A DNA stretch of 64,000 nucleotides, from IMG/VR virus record IMGVR_UViG_3300046791_000665. The stretch is one strand, 5' to 3'. Of this stretch, positions 27,642-37,827 are shown in pieces; position 1 is the first letter of the stretch; every line of letters begins with the position of its first letter. The notes under the pieces are model-generated. The model had not been told where the DNA came from and did no database searches. It saw nothing but the letters and a program-made list of their open reading frames with translations. The position numbers and the translations under genes are program-made. Source of the DNA: an uncultured virus (IMG/VR IMGVR_UViG_3300046791_000665). Taxonomy: Duplodnaviria > Heunggongvirae > Uroviricota > Caudoviricetes.

Positions 27642-30448
27642 AGACACCCCGGGCTCTACCGGCCCGAACAAGCGGTTACCGTACTGCTGCGTTGGAGCCT
27701 CCTCAACCGCACCAGAATGACGCACGCCACGCCGTACTCGCCAAGCTCAGTAAGTGCGACCGCGCGCAGTGCATCATGCCTTGCGGCACCGGCAAGACCT
27801 ACGTCTCGCTCCTCGTCGCACAGGACGGCAAGCACAAAACGGTCGTCGTCTTCGTCCCATCGCTGGCCCTCGTTCGTCAGGTACTCGCCGAGTACCGCGC
27901 GCGCTCTTCGTGGAAGCGGTGGAGTGCGATCGCCGTCTGCTCCGACCCATCTGTTGTTGATGATGGGCTCTACATAGCTCCAGATGAAGTCGGCTGCGTC
28001 GTCACGACCGATTCGAACATCATCAAGACGTTCCTGAGTCAGGACGGTGTACGCGTCGTCTTCTGCACTTACCAGTCGGCGAGTCTCCTCAATGGACTGA
28101 GATTAGAACTCGGGATCTTCGACGAGGCGCACCGTACCGCCGGACGCCAGGGCAAAGCATTTGCCTTCGCGCTCTCCGACAAGAACGTGCAAATCAAGAA
28201 GCGTTTGTTCATGACGGCAACGCCGCGTCATGCAAGAGCGACCGATGACGGCGAAGTGCCTGTATTCTCGATGGACGACGAGAAGCTATATGGGTCAGTC
28301 GCCTACAGGCTTGACTTCCGTAAAGCGATCGATCTCGGGCTCATCTGCGACTACGAGATCATCATCTGTCCTCTGATCGAGGACGTGAACACTGATGGGG
28401 AAAAGGCTGCGCAGGTTGCCCTCCGCAAGGCCATGGTCAACTACGGCGCAAGACGAGCGTTCACGTTCCATAGCACCGTCGAACGCGCTAGGAGCTTCGC
28501 AGAAGATCGCCACGGCGCCATATACGACTACCGTAAGTTCCACATCAACGGCGCGATGTCGACATCTCAACGCGAACCTATGCTATCGCAGATGGTTGCG
28601 CATGGAGGTATCGTCACCAACGTTCGCTGTCTTTCCGAAGGGGTCGACTTCCCGGCTGTCGACGTAGTCGCCTTCATCGACCCGAAACGAAGTGTGATTG
28701 ACATCGTACAGGCAATCGGACGATGTCTACGCAAGGATAGGAACAACGAAAAGAAGAAGAGCTACATCCTCGTTCCTATCTATATACCTAGAAAACTGAC
28801 CGAAGAAGAGTCGATACGAAAAAGCAAATTCGGTCCACTCTACGACGTGCTTCAGGCCATACGAGAACAGGACAAGGTACTTGAGGCTGATCTGAGGCAA
28901 GCGTCCGAACGAGCGATGGTTACGGGTGATACCGGCAATATTGATCGTATCTCGGTCCTTGGCTACAGCGAAGAGACCCTCGACGTCTTGCAGCGCGCAA
29001 TTACGGTACGACTAGTAAAAATTGTATCAGGAATTAAAGCGGCAGACATTAAGAAACAGTTGTTGTTGAAGATGGCGCATCGCGGAGCGTCGAGACCGCA
29101 TTGGAATACTAGAATCGGAATAGCGCTGTCCAGCTACGTAAGCGCTGTGCGAGACTCCTACGACATCTATTTTGATCAAAAAATTCGACGACTAGCGCCA
29201 AACTGGTTCACTAGCAGCGCAGATCTAAACAAGAAGATCTTATTAAAAATGGCGCGTCGCGGTGATTCGAGACCGAATAGTAAGACCAGGATCGGAAATG
29301 CGCTAGTCCATTATACGAATAGACCTACTGACGCTGCCTTTGATCAAGAAATTCGACGACTCGCACCACAATGGTTTGTCAACACCACTAACGAAAACAA
29401 GAAAATACTGTTTAGCGTGGCACACGGTAGACGTCCAAAGCCGCACTATAAAACTAAACTCGGAATAGCACTTAGAGTGTATACAACACCCGGTGGATCA
29501 TTCGACAAATTTTTCAATAAAAAAATTAGACATCTTGCACCGCACTGGTTCACTAGCAGCGCAGATCGAAACAAGAAGATCTTGTTAGAAATGGCACGAC
29601 GCAGTGCCTCGAGACCGTTGAGTAATACCAAAATCGGAAATGTGCTACTCAAGTATACAGGCAGTAAGTTTAAGCTTTCCGGCACTGGCTTTGACCAAGA
29701 GATTCGACGACTCGCACCACAGTGGTTTATCGATACTGTCGACGAGAACAAGAACATCTTACTGGAGATGGCACGACGCGGTAATGCGAGACCGAAAGAA
29801 AGAACCGAATTAGGATCAAAATTACAAAGATACTCAAGTCCGAATAGCCGTTCTTATGACGACGCTTTCGACGAAGAAGTTCGACACCTTGCACCGCACT
29901 GGTTCATTAACAGCGCAGATCAAAACAAGAAGATCTTATTGGAGATGGCACGTCGGGGAGAGCCAAAACCTCTAGGCAGAAAAAACAAAGCATCAGCGCT
30001 TAACGACTACACTTCTGAAACGAGATCATTCGACACAGTTTTCAATCGAAAAATTCGACGTATTGCACCGCACTGGTTCATTAACAGCGCAGATCAAAAC
30101 AAGAAGATCTTATTGGAGATGGCACGTCGGGGAGAGCCAAAACCTCTAGGCAGAAAAAACAAAACAGCATCGGCTCTTAGAGACTACACTTCTGAAACGA
30201 GATCATTCGACACAGTTTTCAATCGAAAAATTCGACGTATTACACCGCACTGGTTCATTAACAGCGTCGATCAAAACAAGAAAATCTTATTGGATATGGC
30301 ACGTCGGGGAGATCCAAAGCCGTATTATACGACCAAAATCGGAAACGCACTAAAGCGCTATATAAACAACAATAAAAGCAGCACTTACAGCTACGACGCG
30401 ATTTTTAGGCAAAAAATCCTACGACTCGCGCCTCATTGGTTGAAATAG
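27638..30448 (+). CDS. SF2 DEAD/DEAH-box helicase with 8 C-terminal ~58-aa repeats
   Basis: PCGTGKT, DEAH, TATPR, LSEGVD, QAIGRCLR. Confidence 0.9.
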   Translation: MKTPRALPARTSGYRTAALEPPQPHQNDARHAVLAKLSKCDRAQCIMPCGTGKTYVSLLVAQDGKHKTVVVFVPSLALVRQVLAEYRARSSWKRWSAIAVCSDPSVVDDGLYIAPDEVGCVVTTDSNIIKTFLSQDGVRVVFCTYQSASLLNGLRLELGIFDEAHRTAGRQGKAFAFALSDKNVQIKKRLFMTATPRHARATDDGEVPVFSMDDEKLYGSVAYRLDFRKAIDLGLICDYEIIICPLIEDVNTDGEKAAQVALRKAMVNYGARRAFTFHSTVERARSFAEDRHGAIYDYRKFHINGAMSTSQREPMLSQMVAHGGIVTNVRCLSEGVDFPAVDVVAFIDPKRSVIDIVQAIGRCLRKDRNNEKKKSYILVPIYIPRKLTEEESIRKSKFGPLYDVLQAIREQDKVLEADLRQASERAMVTGDTGNIDRISVLGYSEETLDVLQRAITVRLVKIVSGIKAADIKKQLLLKMAHRGASRPHWNTRIGIALSSYVSAVRDSYDIYFDQKIRRLAPNWFTSSADLNKKILLKMARRGDSRPNSKTRIGNALVHYTNRPTDAAFDQEIRRLAPQWFVNTTNENKKILFSVAHGRRPKPHYKTKLGIALRVYTTPGGSFDKFFNKKIRHLAPHWFTSSADRNKKILLEMARRSASRPLSNTKIGNVLLKYTGSKFKLSGTGFDQEIRRLAPQWFIDTVDENKNILLEMARRGNARPKERTELGSKLQRYSSPNSRSYDDAFDEEVRHLAPHWFINSADQNKKILLEMARRGEPKPLGRKNKASALNDYTSETRSFDTVFNRKIRRIAPHWFINSADQNKKILLEMARRGEPKPLGRKNKTASALRDYTSETRSFDTVFNRKIRRITPHWFINSVDQNKKILLDMARRGDPKPYYTTKIGNALKRYINNNKSSTYSYDAIFRQKILRLAPHWLK
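29051..30445 (+). repeat. 8 tandem in-frame ~174-bp repeats
   Basis: NKKILLEMARRG..P...T.IG.AL..Y...FD..IRRLAPHWF units; the copies at ~29891 and ~30065 are nearly identical in DNA. Confidence 0.9.
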
Positions 30449-30654
30449 TCCGCCAAGATCACTCATCTACTCCCGTAATCGTCAATCTGTTGCCGCAGTT
30501 CTCGCACACGATCTCACCGCGGATTATCGCTAGAATTTTCCGTACAGATAGGTATCTCCGTTTCGAGAAGGCGCATGACGTACACGTCTCGACACAAGTC
30601 ACATACTGGTCAAGACCTCCGCTCTTATATTTACGCGGCATGTGGTACCCCTAT

Positions 30655-31974
30655 TTACTGCCGCTTCCTCGCCCTCAGCCTCTCCACCGCCCTCGATGCC
30701 CCGAGCACATCATCGGCCATCGACGCGTGCCCGGTGCGAACCCGCATCCGCTCGACCGAGCGCGAGGCGCCGAACACGTCGCCCTCGAAGCTCGGCTCCT
30801 CCTCAGAGGTCCCGCGGTCCGACGGCATCTCCTCCGACGGCTCTTCGGCGGTGCCGCGATCCGGCGGCGCCTGCTCCGCATAGACTTCATCCGGGTGCGC
30901 GCGCATGTAGTCGAGGTCGGCCTGAGCCGCCTGCATCTCCATCTGCTCGCGCTGGAGATCCATCTCCTGCTGACGCTGCGCAGCCTGCATCTCCATCTCC
31001 TGCTGCTGCTGGGCGAACCGCGACTGCGCCGCCGCCTCCTGCTGCGCCTGCCCGGTCGCCGCGACCTGCGCCGCCGCATCCGCCGCCTGCTGCGCCTGCT
31101 CCTGCTGATGCTGCGCATCCAGGTCCGCCAGATCCTGCTGGGCCTGCGCCTCGGCCAACTCGGCGGCCAGCTGGTCGTCGAGCACCTTCTGCGCAGCCTG
31201 TGCGTCGGCGAGCGCCTGAGCGGTCTGCTGGTTCAGGAGGGCGATCGCGCGCTTCGACTCGGCCGTCGCGTACTCGGGCGCCTCGCTCGGGTACCAGAAC
31301 CACTGCTTCGCATCCGTCGCCCAGCGCAGATTCGCGAAGTCCGGCATCGACGGGTTGCCGATGAGCGGGCCGTAACCCGCAGCGGCACTCGCCGCTGCCG
31401 GGGCGGGCAGATCGGCCGCGGTCACATCATCCCAGTTCCAGTTACCCTGCTGCGCCGCCGCCGCGATAAGCTGCGGGATCCCGGCCGACATGAAAGAGAG
31501 GATGCCCTCGCCGATGCTCTTCGGAGCCACATCGAACCCGCGCTTGCCGTAGACCTTGATCCAGCGCGCCGGGCTGCCGGAATTCGGCGCGTTGATCTTG
31601 TCGAAGCCCCAGACGTAGCCGTTCTCCTCGGGCGGCGAGCCCTTCCAGTAACTGTAGGAGCCGACGCAGTAGGGCGGCATCCCCTTCGAGCCATCGTAGA
31701 CCACCGCATCCGCCGGCAGCGCCTTGATCGTCGTGTTGAGCGGTGCCGCCGGGATCGGCGGCGGATCGAACGATGCGTCCGGCGACGGCAGCGACGGATC
31801 CTCGTACGTGTTCGGGTCCAAATAACTCGAGCTTGCCGGGTCCGTCGTCGCGTCGTAGCCGGGCTCGCCGGGCGACAGACCATTGCCGTCGACACCGAGG
31901 ATATCGACGTCCGGGTGGGAGTACTCGGCACGCCGCTGAGCGGCGCGATCGCGGAGTTCGTGAATTCTGGACAT
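30655..31974 (-). CDS. putative virion protein with Gln/Ala-rich coiled coil
   Basis: Long GC3-biased ORF; DILG/DVFG/DVLG motifs. Confidence 0.6.
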   Translation of the reverse strand: MSRIHELRDRAAQRRAEYSHPDVDILGVDGNGLSPGEPGYDATTDPASSSYLDPNTYEDPSLPSPDASFDPPPIPAAPLNTTIKALPADAVVYDGSKGMPPYCVGSYSYWKGSPPEENGYVWGFDKINAPNSGSPARWIKVYGKRGFDVAPKSIGEGILSFMSAGIPQLIAAAAQQGNWNWDDVTAADLPAPAAASAAAGYGPLIGNPSMPDFANLRWATDAKQWFWYPSEAPEYATAESKRAIALLNQQTAQALADAQAAQKVLDDQLAAELAEAQAQQDLADLDAQHQQEQAQQAADAAAQVAATGQAQQEAAAQSRFAQQQQEMEMQAAQRQQEMDLQREQMEMQAAQADLDYMRAHPDEVYAEQAPPDRGTAEEPSEEMPSDRGTSEEEPSFEGDVFGASRSVERMRVRTGHASMADDVLGASRAVERLRARKRQ

Positions 31975-32035
31975 CGTTGTCTCTCCTGTTGATCCTTCTA
32001 TCGACACTCGCTCGATCAGTCTTGAGATCGAGACC

Positions 32036-32842
32036 CTACTTCTTCTTCTTGAAAGTCTGCTTCTGCTGCAGCGCCTTCTGCCGCGCCACCGCGCTCGCGT
32101 TGATCTTGGAGCGTGCCGCCGCGTGCGCCTTCGCCGCTTCCGCCGCGTGCTTCGACGAGACGCCGACCGACTTCGCCGCCGCCCTGAGCTTGTCGAGGGC
32201 CTGCGCCCGCTTCGGCGACGGCTTGACCGCCCCGATCATGTCGTCGAGCACCTCGCCGATGACCTTGGTAGCGGGCACGCGCTTCGCGAGCCGCTTGCCC
32301 ACGAGCGCCGCCCGCGCTGCGGCGGCATTCGCTGCCTTCACCGCCCCGGCGTGCGTCTTCGGCGGGTGGCTCGCGTGCTTCGAGACCGCGGTCGCGATCT
32401 TCTTCTCCGCCGCACTCGCCGACTTCTTCACCTTCGCCTGCGCCGCTGCGATCTGCGCCTTCTTGGCGGCCGAGCCCGCGGAGACGGGAGCCTTCTTCGC
32501 GAAGATCGGGCCCGCGCCGAGCACGTCGAGCCCGTGGGCGTAGCCGGTGCCGAAGAGGAGATCGTCCGCGCCGAGCACCGCGGACTTCTCCGCCTGCGCG
32601 CCCGGAGTCGGAACCTTCCGCCACGCGCCCGAGCGCCCGGGCACGTCCGACGCCCGCAGCGTGGAGGTGATGCTGTACCAGGGCGGCGCGATCTTCCGCG
32701 TCGCGAACCAGTAGTCGCCGTTGAGGAAGACGACGTCGCGGGGGTAGTAGGTGCTCTTCAGATCGAACAACCCGCGCTGCGCGCTCGTGGCCGCGCCGAA
32801 GACAACGTCCTGGAATTCCATAGCTCTCTCCTCTTCGCTCAC
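32036..32842 (-). CDS. putative virion protein with Lys/Ala-rich histone-H1-like C-terminus
   Basis: YAHGLDVLGAG followed by an AK-rich tail. Confidence 0.6.
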   Translation of the reverse strand: MSEEERAMEFQDVVFGAATSAQRGLFDLKSTYYPRDVVFLNGDYWFATRKIAPPWYSITSTLRASDVPGRSGAWRKVPTPGAQAEKSAVLGADDLLFGTGYAHGLDVLGAGPIFAKKAPVSAGSAAKKAQIAAAQAKVKKSASAAEKKIATAVSKHASHPPKTHAGAVKAANAAAARAALVGKRLAKRVPATKVIGEVLDDMIGAVKPSPKRAQALDKLRAAAKSVGVSSKHAAEAAKAHAAARSKINASAVARQKALQQKQTFKKKK

Positions 32843-32843
32843 G

Positions 32844-34700
32844 TTATTTTCCCTTGCGCCGGGCCCAGCCGCTTCCGAGCGCGTCGAGACCGCTGCCGTA
32901 GGCTTCACCGAACACCTCGATCACTTCCGTGGGGCGCTCCCAGCCACCCTCCATTCCTGCCGAGGCCCCGTGCGGAGGATACGACTCCTGCTGCAGGTAC
33001 GCCGCGCCGCGATGCGCGCTGCCATGGGACCGGATCGGATCGCTGGGCCGGTCCGTGATCTGATGCTGGAAGCGCGAGTACTGGATGTCGTTCGCCTCGC
33101 TCACACCGAGCACGACTTCCAATTCACCCTCACCCTCGCTGGCCTGCGCGGCGAGCTTCGCCGCCTCATTCCGGTAACCGCTCTCGCCCGGGACCGCCTC
33201 CTCGGCCGGAGCCTCCTCGTCGTAGGGGGACTCGTACCCTTCCTGGTATTCAGCATCCATCGAGCCTCCGCCTTCCTCGACCTCCATCGGCGCGTCGCTG
33301 CCGGTAGCACCGGGCGTGCGAGTCCAGCCGTCACTTTCCTCGAACGGATCCTGTCCAGCACGAAACTGCTGCACTGCCTCGTCTTCGGACAGCTGCGGCT
33401 CGGTGTCCATCTCCTCCTCGTACGCTTCGCCGCTGCCCCCGCCCCCGCCCTCATCCGCGCCGCCACCGCCGCCACCAGCACCCGCCGTTCCAGGATCGAA
33501 CGTACCGGCACCGCTGCTGCTCGGCGCCATCGCCTCCGCCGCGCTCGCCGCCTGGATCGCCTTCGCGGTCGCCTTCGGCGTGTCGCGGATCCACGGCTTC
33601 AGCGCCGCCTTCGCTGCGTTGAAGTTCTTGTCGAAGTCCGGGCCCTTCGTCCAACCCACTTCGAAATCCCAGGTCTCGGGAATCGACGGGAACATGGCGT
33701 AGATCGGTTCAAGCGCGTCTGCGGCAGCTTGCGCCGCCACACCAGCGTCCGCAGCCTGCTGGCCCTGCGGGGTGCCTGTCGCCGCATTGCCGGCATTGGT
33801 CGCGCGCTCAGCGGCGGATACCGCGGCGTCGTATACGCCGAGGGCGGGCTCGAGGGCTGCGTCCACCTCGACCATGGCGTCGGCGAGCGCCGCCGACACG
33901 CTCGAGGCGAAGTCGTCATCCGCGCCGAGATCGACGTTGCCGCCGTCGGTGGTCTTGTTGCCGCCACCCTGATACGGCGGGGGCGGACCGATGTCGGTCT
34001 TCTTCGGCGGCGGCGCGGGCGTCGCCTCCATCCACACCTCGCGCCCCATCGCCGCGAAGCGGTGGCACATCATCGTGCCCGTCTTCGGGTTCATGAGCAG
34101 CGCCCAGCCCGCGGGACACGTGAAATCTGCGCCGACGATCGAACTCTTGCGCAGCATCGAGAACTTCGACGAGACCGGAGTCTTCTGCGGCGCCTTCATC
34201 GCCTGCGTCTGCACCTTCGACTGCATGAACTGCGGCGCGAGCATTTTACCAGCGGCGGCAGTCTTCGCCGTCACCGCCTGCGCCTGCTTGGCTGCAGCGG
34301 CCTGACTCTGGGAGACGGCCTTTGCCTTGGCGGCGGCTGCAGTAGCGGCAGCCTTCTGTCCCTGCGCGACCGCTTTCTGCCCGACGTTCACGGACCTTGC
34401 CCCGAGGAGCCGCGCCTTCGCGAATCGGGATTTCATCAGGCGCTGCCCGGCGGCGATGGCCCTATTGCCCGAGGCGATCGCACGCTGCGCGCCGCCCTTC
34501 CCGAGCATCCCCGTCTTGGACGTCATCTTGACTGGGCCTGCGCCGAGCACGTCGAGACCAGTGTCGTACGCCTCGCCGAAGATCGACGGACCACCGGGAT
34601 ACTCGTGCGCCGTGCGCGACGTGACGTGCCACGTCGGCTGAAGCTCGGCCACCGAGGGCTGCAGGGGAGGCGGAAAAAAGATGTCGTAGTTGCGCGCCAT
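32844..34700 (-). CDS. putative virion polyprotein-like protein
   Basis: YDTGLDVLGAG and YGSGLDALGSG motifs separate basic, helical and acidic blocks. Confidence 0.6.
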   Translation of the reverse strand: MARNYDIFFPPPLQPSVAELQPTWHVTSRTAHEYPGGPSIFGEAYDTGLDVLGAGPVKMTSKTGMLGKGGAQRAIASGNRAIAAGQRLMKSRFAKARLLGARSVNVGQKAVAQGQKAAATAAAAKAKAVSQSQAAAAKQAQAVTAKTAAAGKMLAPQFMQSKVQTQAMKAPQKTPVSSKFSMLRKSSIVGADFTCPAGWALLMNPKTGTMMCHRFAAMGREVWMEATPAPPPKKTDIGPPPPYQGGGNKTTDGGNVDLGADDDFASSVSAALADAMVEVDAALEPALGVYDAAVSAAERATNAGNAATGTPQGQQAADAGVAAQAAADALEPIYAMFPSIPETWDFEVGWTKGPDFDKNFNAAKAALKPWIRDTPKATAKAIQAASAAEAMAPSSSGAGTFDPGTAGAGGGGGGADEGGGGGSGEAYEEEMDTEPQLSEDEAVQQFRAGQDPFEESDGWTRTPGATGSDAPMEVEEGGGSMDAEYQEGYESPYDEEAPAEEAVPGESGYRNEAAKLAAQASEGEGELEVVLGVSEANDIQYSRFQHQITDRPSDPIRSHGSAHRGAAYLQQESYPPHGASAGMEGGWERPTEVIEVFGEAYGSGLDALGSGWARRKGK

Positions 34701-35149
34701 CAGGCGATCCTCCGATAACCTACCCCGAGAATATCGAGCCCGGCTGCGTACGTCGGCGAGAGCCCCGGTCCCCGCTCGTCCTGCATGAACGAGCGCGCGA
34801 CCTGCCCGCTGCCGTCGGGGCGGAACATCTCCACCTTCGACGGCGCCGCCTCGCCGGGATAGACGGCACCCGAGAACACTGGGCCCCCGAAATTCATGAA
34901 GTAGCGCTTGTCGCACTTCGGGCACCAGTAGTTGGCGTGCCCGGGGCGATCGTCGAGGTACTTCGAGCGCCCGTCGCTGGTCGCGAACTCGGTGACGACC
35001 TTCTGGCAGTGCGGACAGCGGAAGGGGAGGATATCGTAGGTTGAACTCTGCGACGGCGTGACGCGGTAGTACGGCGTGACCGTATTCGGGTCGCCGTAAT
35101 CGCCCTCAAAGATTCGAATTCCCAAAAAACCCAACCGCGTCCTGCGCAT
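34700..35149 (-). CDS. Zn-ribbon protein
   Basis: CPHC...CPKC; YAAGLDILGVG near the C-terminus. Confidence 0.6.
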   Translation of the reverse strand: MRRTRLGFLGIRIFEGDYGDPNTVTPYYRVTPSQSSTYDILPFRCPHCQKVVTEFATSDGRSKYLDDRPGHANYWCPKCDKRYFMNFGGPVFSGAVYPGEAAPSKVEMFRPDGSGQVARSFMQDERGPGLSPTYAAGLDILGVGYRRIA

Positions 35150-36279
35150 TACCCTGCCCTCTTCAGCAACTCTACAGATCCTACCACGGTCGTCGGCAAA
35201 ATACCCGATCGGCGATGCTGGTCCCGGACCTCGTCCTCCGACCCGTACTGTGCCCACCTCGCGTACCTGTTTGCCTTGGCATCGTCCCCCGACCGGAGCG
35301 CGGCCCGGTACACGTCGCCGAGCCGGCACATCTCCACCTGCTGCGATGGCACCCAGTAGTCGATGGCACCCGTCGTCGGATCAGACTCGGCCGCAGCGTC
35401 GAGCACCTCCGCCGCGACCCTGCGCGCCCGATCCGTCGGCACGCGCCGCGTCGAGGCGTAGCCGCCGGACTTCGAGGAGGAGCCGTACTCGCCGGTCGGC
35501 GCGAGAAGTTCCTGCACCGTGACGCCGAGCAGATCCGCGCGGTTTCGCGCCGCCCAGGCCGCCGCCACTTGCTCCTCGCGCGAGCGCCCGCCGAGTTCGC
35601 TCTCTACCATGCGCGCGAGCGCCTCGCGATCTTCGGAGGTGCGACCCTCGACGATAAAATCACCTGCCACAGTCTGATCCTTTAGTTTGCTCACGGCAAC
35701 CGCCTGCCCTCCCTGCCAGTTGTCCCCCGCGACGATTCGAGCAGTGACATCCTTCTTCGGCACGAACGTCTTCGATGAATTGACTGCGATATCGAGCGGT
35801 TCCTCTCCAAATACTCGGAATGTTTTGTGAATTCCGGTGAAGTGTCCGCCCGTGTCGACAACGCGAAAAACTGCGTTCGGCCACGGCGACATCACGAGGC
35901 GCTGCCCGAACGGCCAGACGACCGGATCACCGGAGACGCTGACCTCGGGGTACTTCACCGGATCGGAGAGGTGCTGCTCGAGCGTGTGTAGTTGCACGCG
36001 CTTGCCCGTGCGCGGATCTACAACGCGCCTGCCGTTCCACGACGCCGCCCCCTTGACGCCGCCCTCCATCAGCCGTTCTTTCGCCGTGAGCCCTTCCACA
36101 AACGGCCAGTACCCCGTGGCATGGGCCTTCACGATCCCGCCCGTCGCCACCGCCTTCTCGACGGCGGCGGTCGCCGCATTGATCCTCCGCAGCACCCACC
36201 ACGCGCCGAGACCGGCGAGCGCGGCGGTGCCTCCCCCGAGGAGGAGCGCGGGAACAATGCTCTTCTTCGACTCACTCAC
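35149..36279 (-). CDS. membrane-anchored cell-wall hydrolase (3D-like plus SleB/Hydrolase_2-like domains)
   Basis: N-terminal TM; ATGYWP..VVDTGG..DIAV; ALARMVESE..AAAWAARNRA..DPTTGAIDYW. Confidence 0.7.
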   Translation of the reverse strand: MSESKKSIVPALLLGGGTAALAGLGAWWVLRRINAATAAVEKAVATGGIVKAHATGYWPFVEGLTAKERLMEGGVKGAASWNGRRVVDPRTGKRVQLHTLEQHLSDPVKYPEVSVSGDPVVWPFGQRLVMSPWPNAVFRVVDTGGHFTGIHKTFRVFGEEPLDIAVNSSKTFVPKKDVTARIVAGDNWQGGQAVAVSKLKDQTVAGDFIVEGRTSEDREALARMVESELGGRSREEQVAAAWAARNRADLLGVTVQELLAPTGEYGSSSKSGGYASTRRVPTDRARRVAAEVLDAAAESDPTTGAIDYWVPSQQVEMCRLGDVYRAALRSGDDAKANRYARWAQYGSEDEVRDQHRRSGILPTTVVGSVELLKRAG

Positions 36280-36283
36280 GTAT

Positions 36284-36685
36284 TTACTTCCCCTTCGGCC
36301 GAGCCCAGCGTCCGCCGTGACTGCCGTCCGCCGCCCATACGAACACGTAGCCCTCGAACGGCGTGCCCGGCACACCGCAGATGTAGTGTCCGACGGGTGG
36401 GCTCGACTGCTTGCCCTTCAGGAACCAGCCGCCATCCCACACGCGCCCGGGCTCATCGCGATCGTGGAACATCTTCGAGGGGAAGGTGGTCGACGCATCA
36501 CACCAATCGTACCCGGACGGCAGTTTGCCGACGGGCGCGGGGATCTTCAGCAACTCGCCTTCCTTCTTCGTCTTCGACGCCATCGAGATCTCCTTGGGCT
36601 TCGCCATCATGAACTTTCCGATCAGTGCGATCGCGACGATTGCTGCGAGAGCCGCGGTGCACGCGAGTCCGATCCAGATCGCCAA
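36284..36685 (-). CDS. membrane-anchored hypothetical protein
   Basis: N-terminal TM helix. Confidence 0.55.
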   Translation of the reverse strand: MAIWIGLACTAALAAIVAIALIGKFMMAKPKEISMASKTKKEGELLKIPAPVGKLPSGYDWCDASTTFPSKMFHDRDEPGRVWDGGWFLKGKQSSPPVGHYICGVPGTPFEGYVFVWAADGSHGGRWARPKGK

Positions 36686-37297
36686 CTAACTTCTCAACTT
36701 CTTCCAGGCCAGCATCGTTCCGCCGACCACGCCGAGTCCGACCGTTCCGATGATCGCCCACCCCCACCACGGCATCTCCGTCACCTTGTCCATGATCTTG
36801 CCCGGTGCCTCGAGCACCTTCAGCGTGCGGTTCATGACCTCGTCGAGCATCGCGTCAAAATTCGCCTGCGCGTACTTGCTCCCTTCCTCGCTCGCGTTCC
36901 ACTCGATATACGCCTGCCGCACCCAGGTCTTCAAATCGTCTGCAGCACCGTACGGCGCCTGCGGAGAGAACAGCTTCGACAGCGCGTCCTGATGCCACGC
37001 AAGTTTCCACTTCACGTTTTGACGCGAGGCATCACCGGGAAGGGGCCCCGACGACATCGCGTAGCTGGCGAGCGGGCCGAGCGCGACCGTCCAGAGCGGA
37101 CTCGTGCGGGGAGCCGCATCCGCCGCCTTGATCGCCGCATCGATCACCTTCTGCCCGTAGGAGACGAGCACCTTCGCCTGCGCGACCGACATCGGCTTGA
37201 TGCGGTCGAGCGCGTGCTGGATGACGCCGAGATCGAAGGCTCCGAATACGACGCGCGCCGAGCCGAGCACGTCGAGACCGTGGCTGTACGCTCTCAC
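36686..37297 (-). CDS. putative virion membrane protein
   Basis: Starts MRAYSHGLDVLGSA; C-terminal TM. Confidence 0.65.
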   Translation of the reverse strand: MRAYSHGLDVLGSARVVFGAFDLGVIQHALDRIKPMSVAQAKVLVSYGQKVIDAAIKAADAAPRTSPLWTVALGPLASYAMSSGPLPGDASRQNVKWKLAWHQDALSKLFSPQAPYGAADDLKTWVRQAYIEWNASEEGSKYAQANFDAMLDEVMNRTLKVLEAPGKIMDKVTEMPWWGWAIIGTVGLGVVGGTMLAWKKLRS

Positions 37298-37530
37298 GAC
37301 GTCTCTCCTCGCGTTGCGACCTTGTAGAGCCCGTACCCGATGCGGAGCGCTCCGATGCTGCCGACCACGACGCGGAGCGCTGTCGGCAGGAACAGTGCAG
37401 CCGTGACCTCGAGCACTCCTGCGGCGAGCCCACGATACGGCTGCGGGCCGCCCATGATCACGCCGCAGACCGAAGGAACGCTCTCCAGTTCGGCGCCGAG
37501 CACGTCGAGACCGTGGTTGTATCCCTTCAC
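37294..37530 (-). CDS. small membrane protein
   Basis: MKGYNHGLDVLGAE; two hydrophobic segments. Confidence 0.65.
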   Translation of the reverse strand: MKGYNHGLDVLGAELESVPSVCGVIMGGPQPYRGLAAGVLEVTAALFLPTALRVVVGSIGALRIGYGLYKVATRGETS

Positions 37531-37827
37531 TTAGTTCATTCTCCCGCGGACGCTCGCACCCGCGCTCTCGATGATCTCGAGCAGCGCCTCGTCCTTCGTC
37601 GTGATGCGCTTGCCGAGGATCTCCCGCAGCTTCTTCATCCCGTCGCCGAACTCCGGATGGTCTACCCACATGCGCTCAAACGGCTCCCTGCACACCTCCC
37701 GCGGCACGTCGGCGAGGAACTTGTGGGTCCAGTCGAGCAGCTTGCGCAAGAGATGATACCTCACCTCCGCCTTCGCGCGGGCGAAGAGCGACGACAGGGG
37801 ACCGAACCAGCGCGTCTCCACGATCAC
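37531..37827 (-). CDS. hypothetical protein
   Basis: Coupled ORF starting MIVETRWFG. Confidence 0.45.
   Translation of the reverse strand: MIVETRWFGPLSSLFARAKAEVRYHLLRKLLDWTHKFLADVPREVCREPFERMWVDHPEFGDGMKKLREILGKRITTKDEALLEIIESAGASVRGRMN

Noticed and set aside
30436..34718. Long plus-strand ORFs (30436..31992, 32751..34718) and similar antisense ORFs elsewhere
   Set aside because: Shadow frames of high-GC minus-strand genes; Arg/Leu-rich translations without recognisable motifs.
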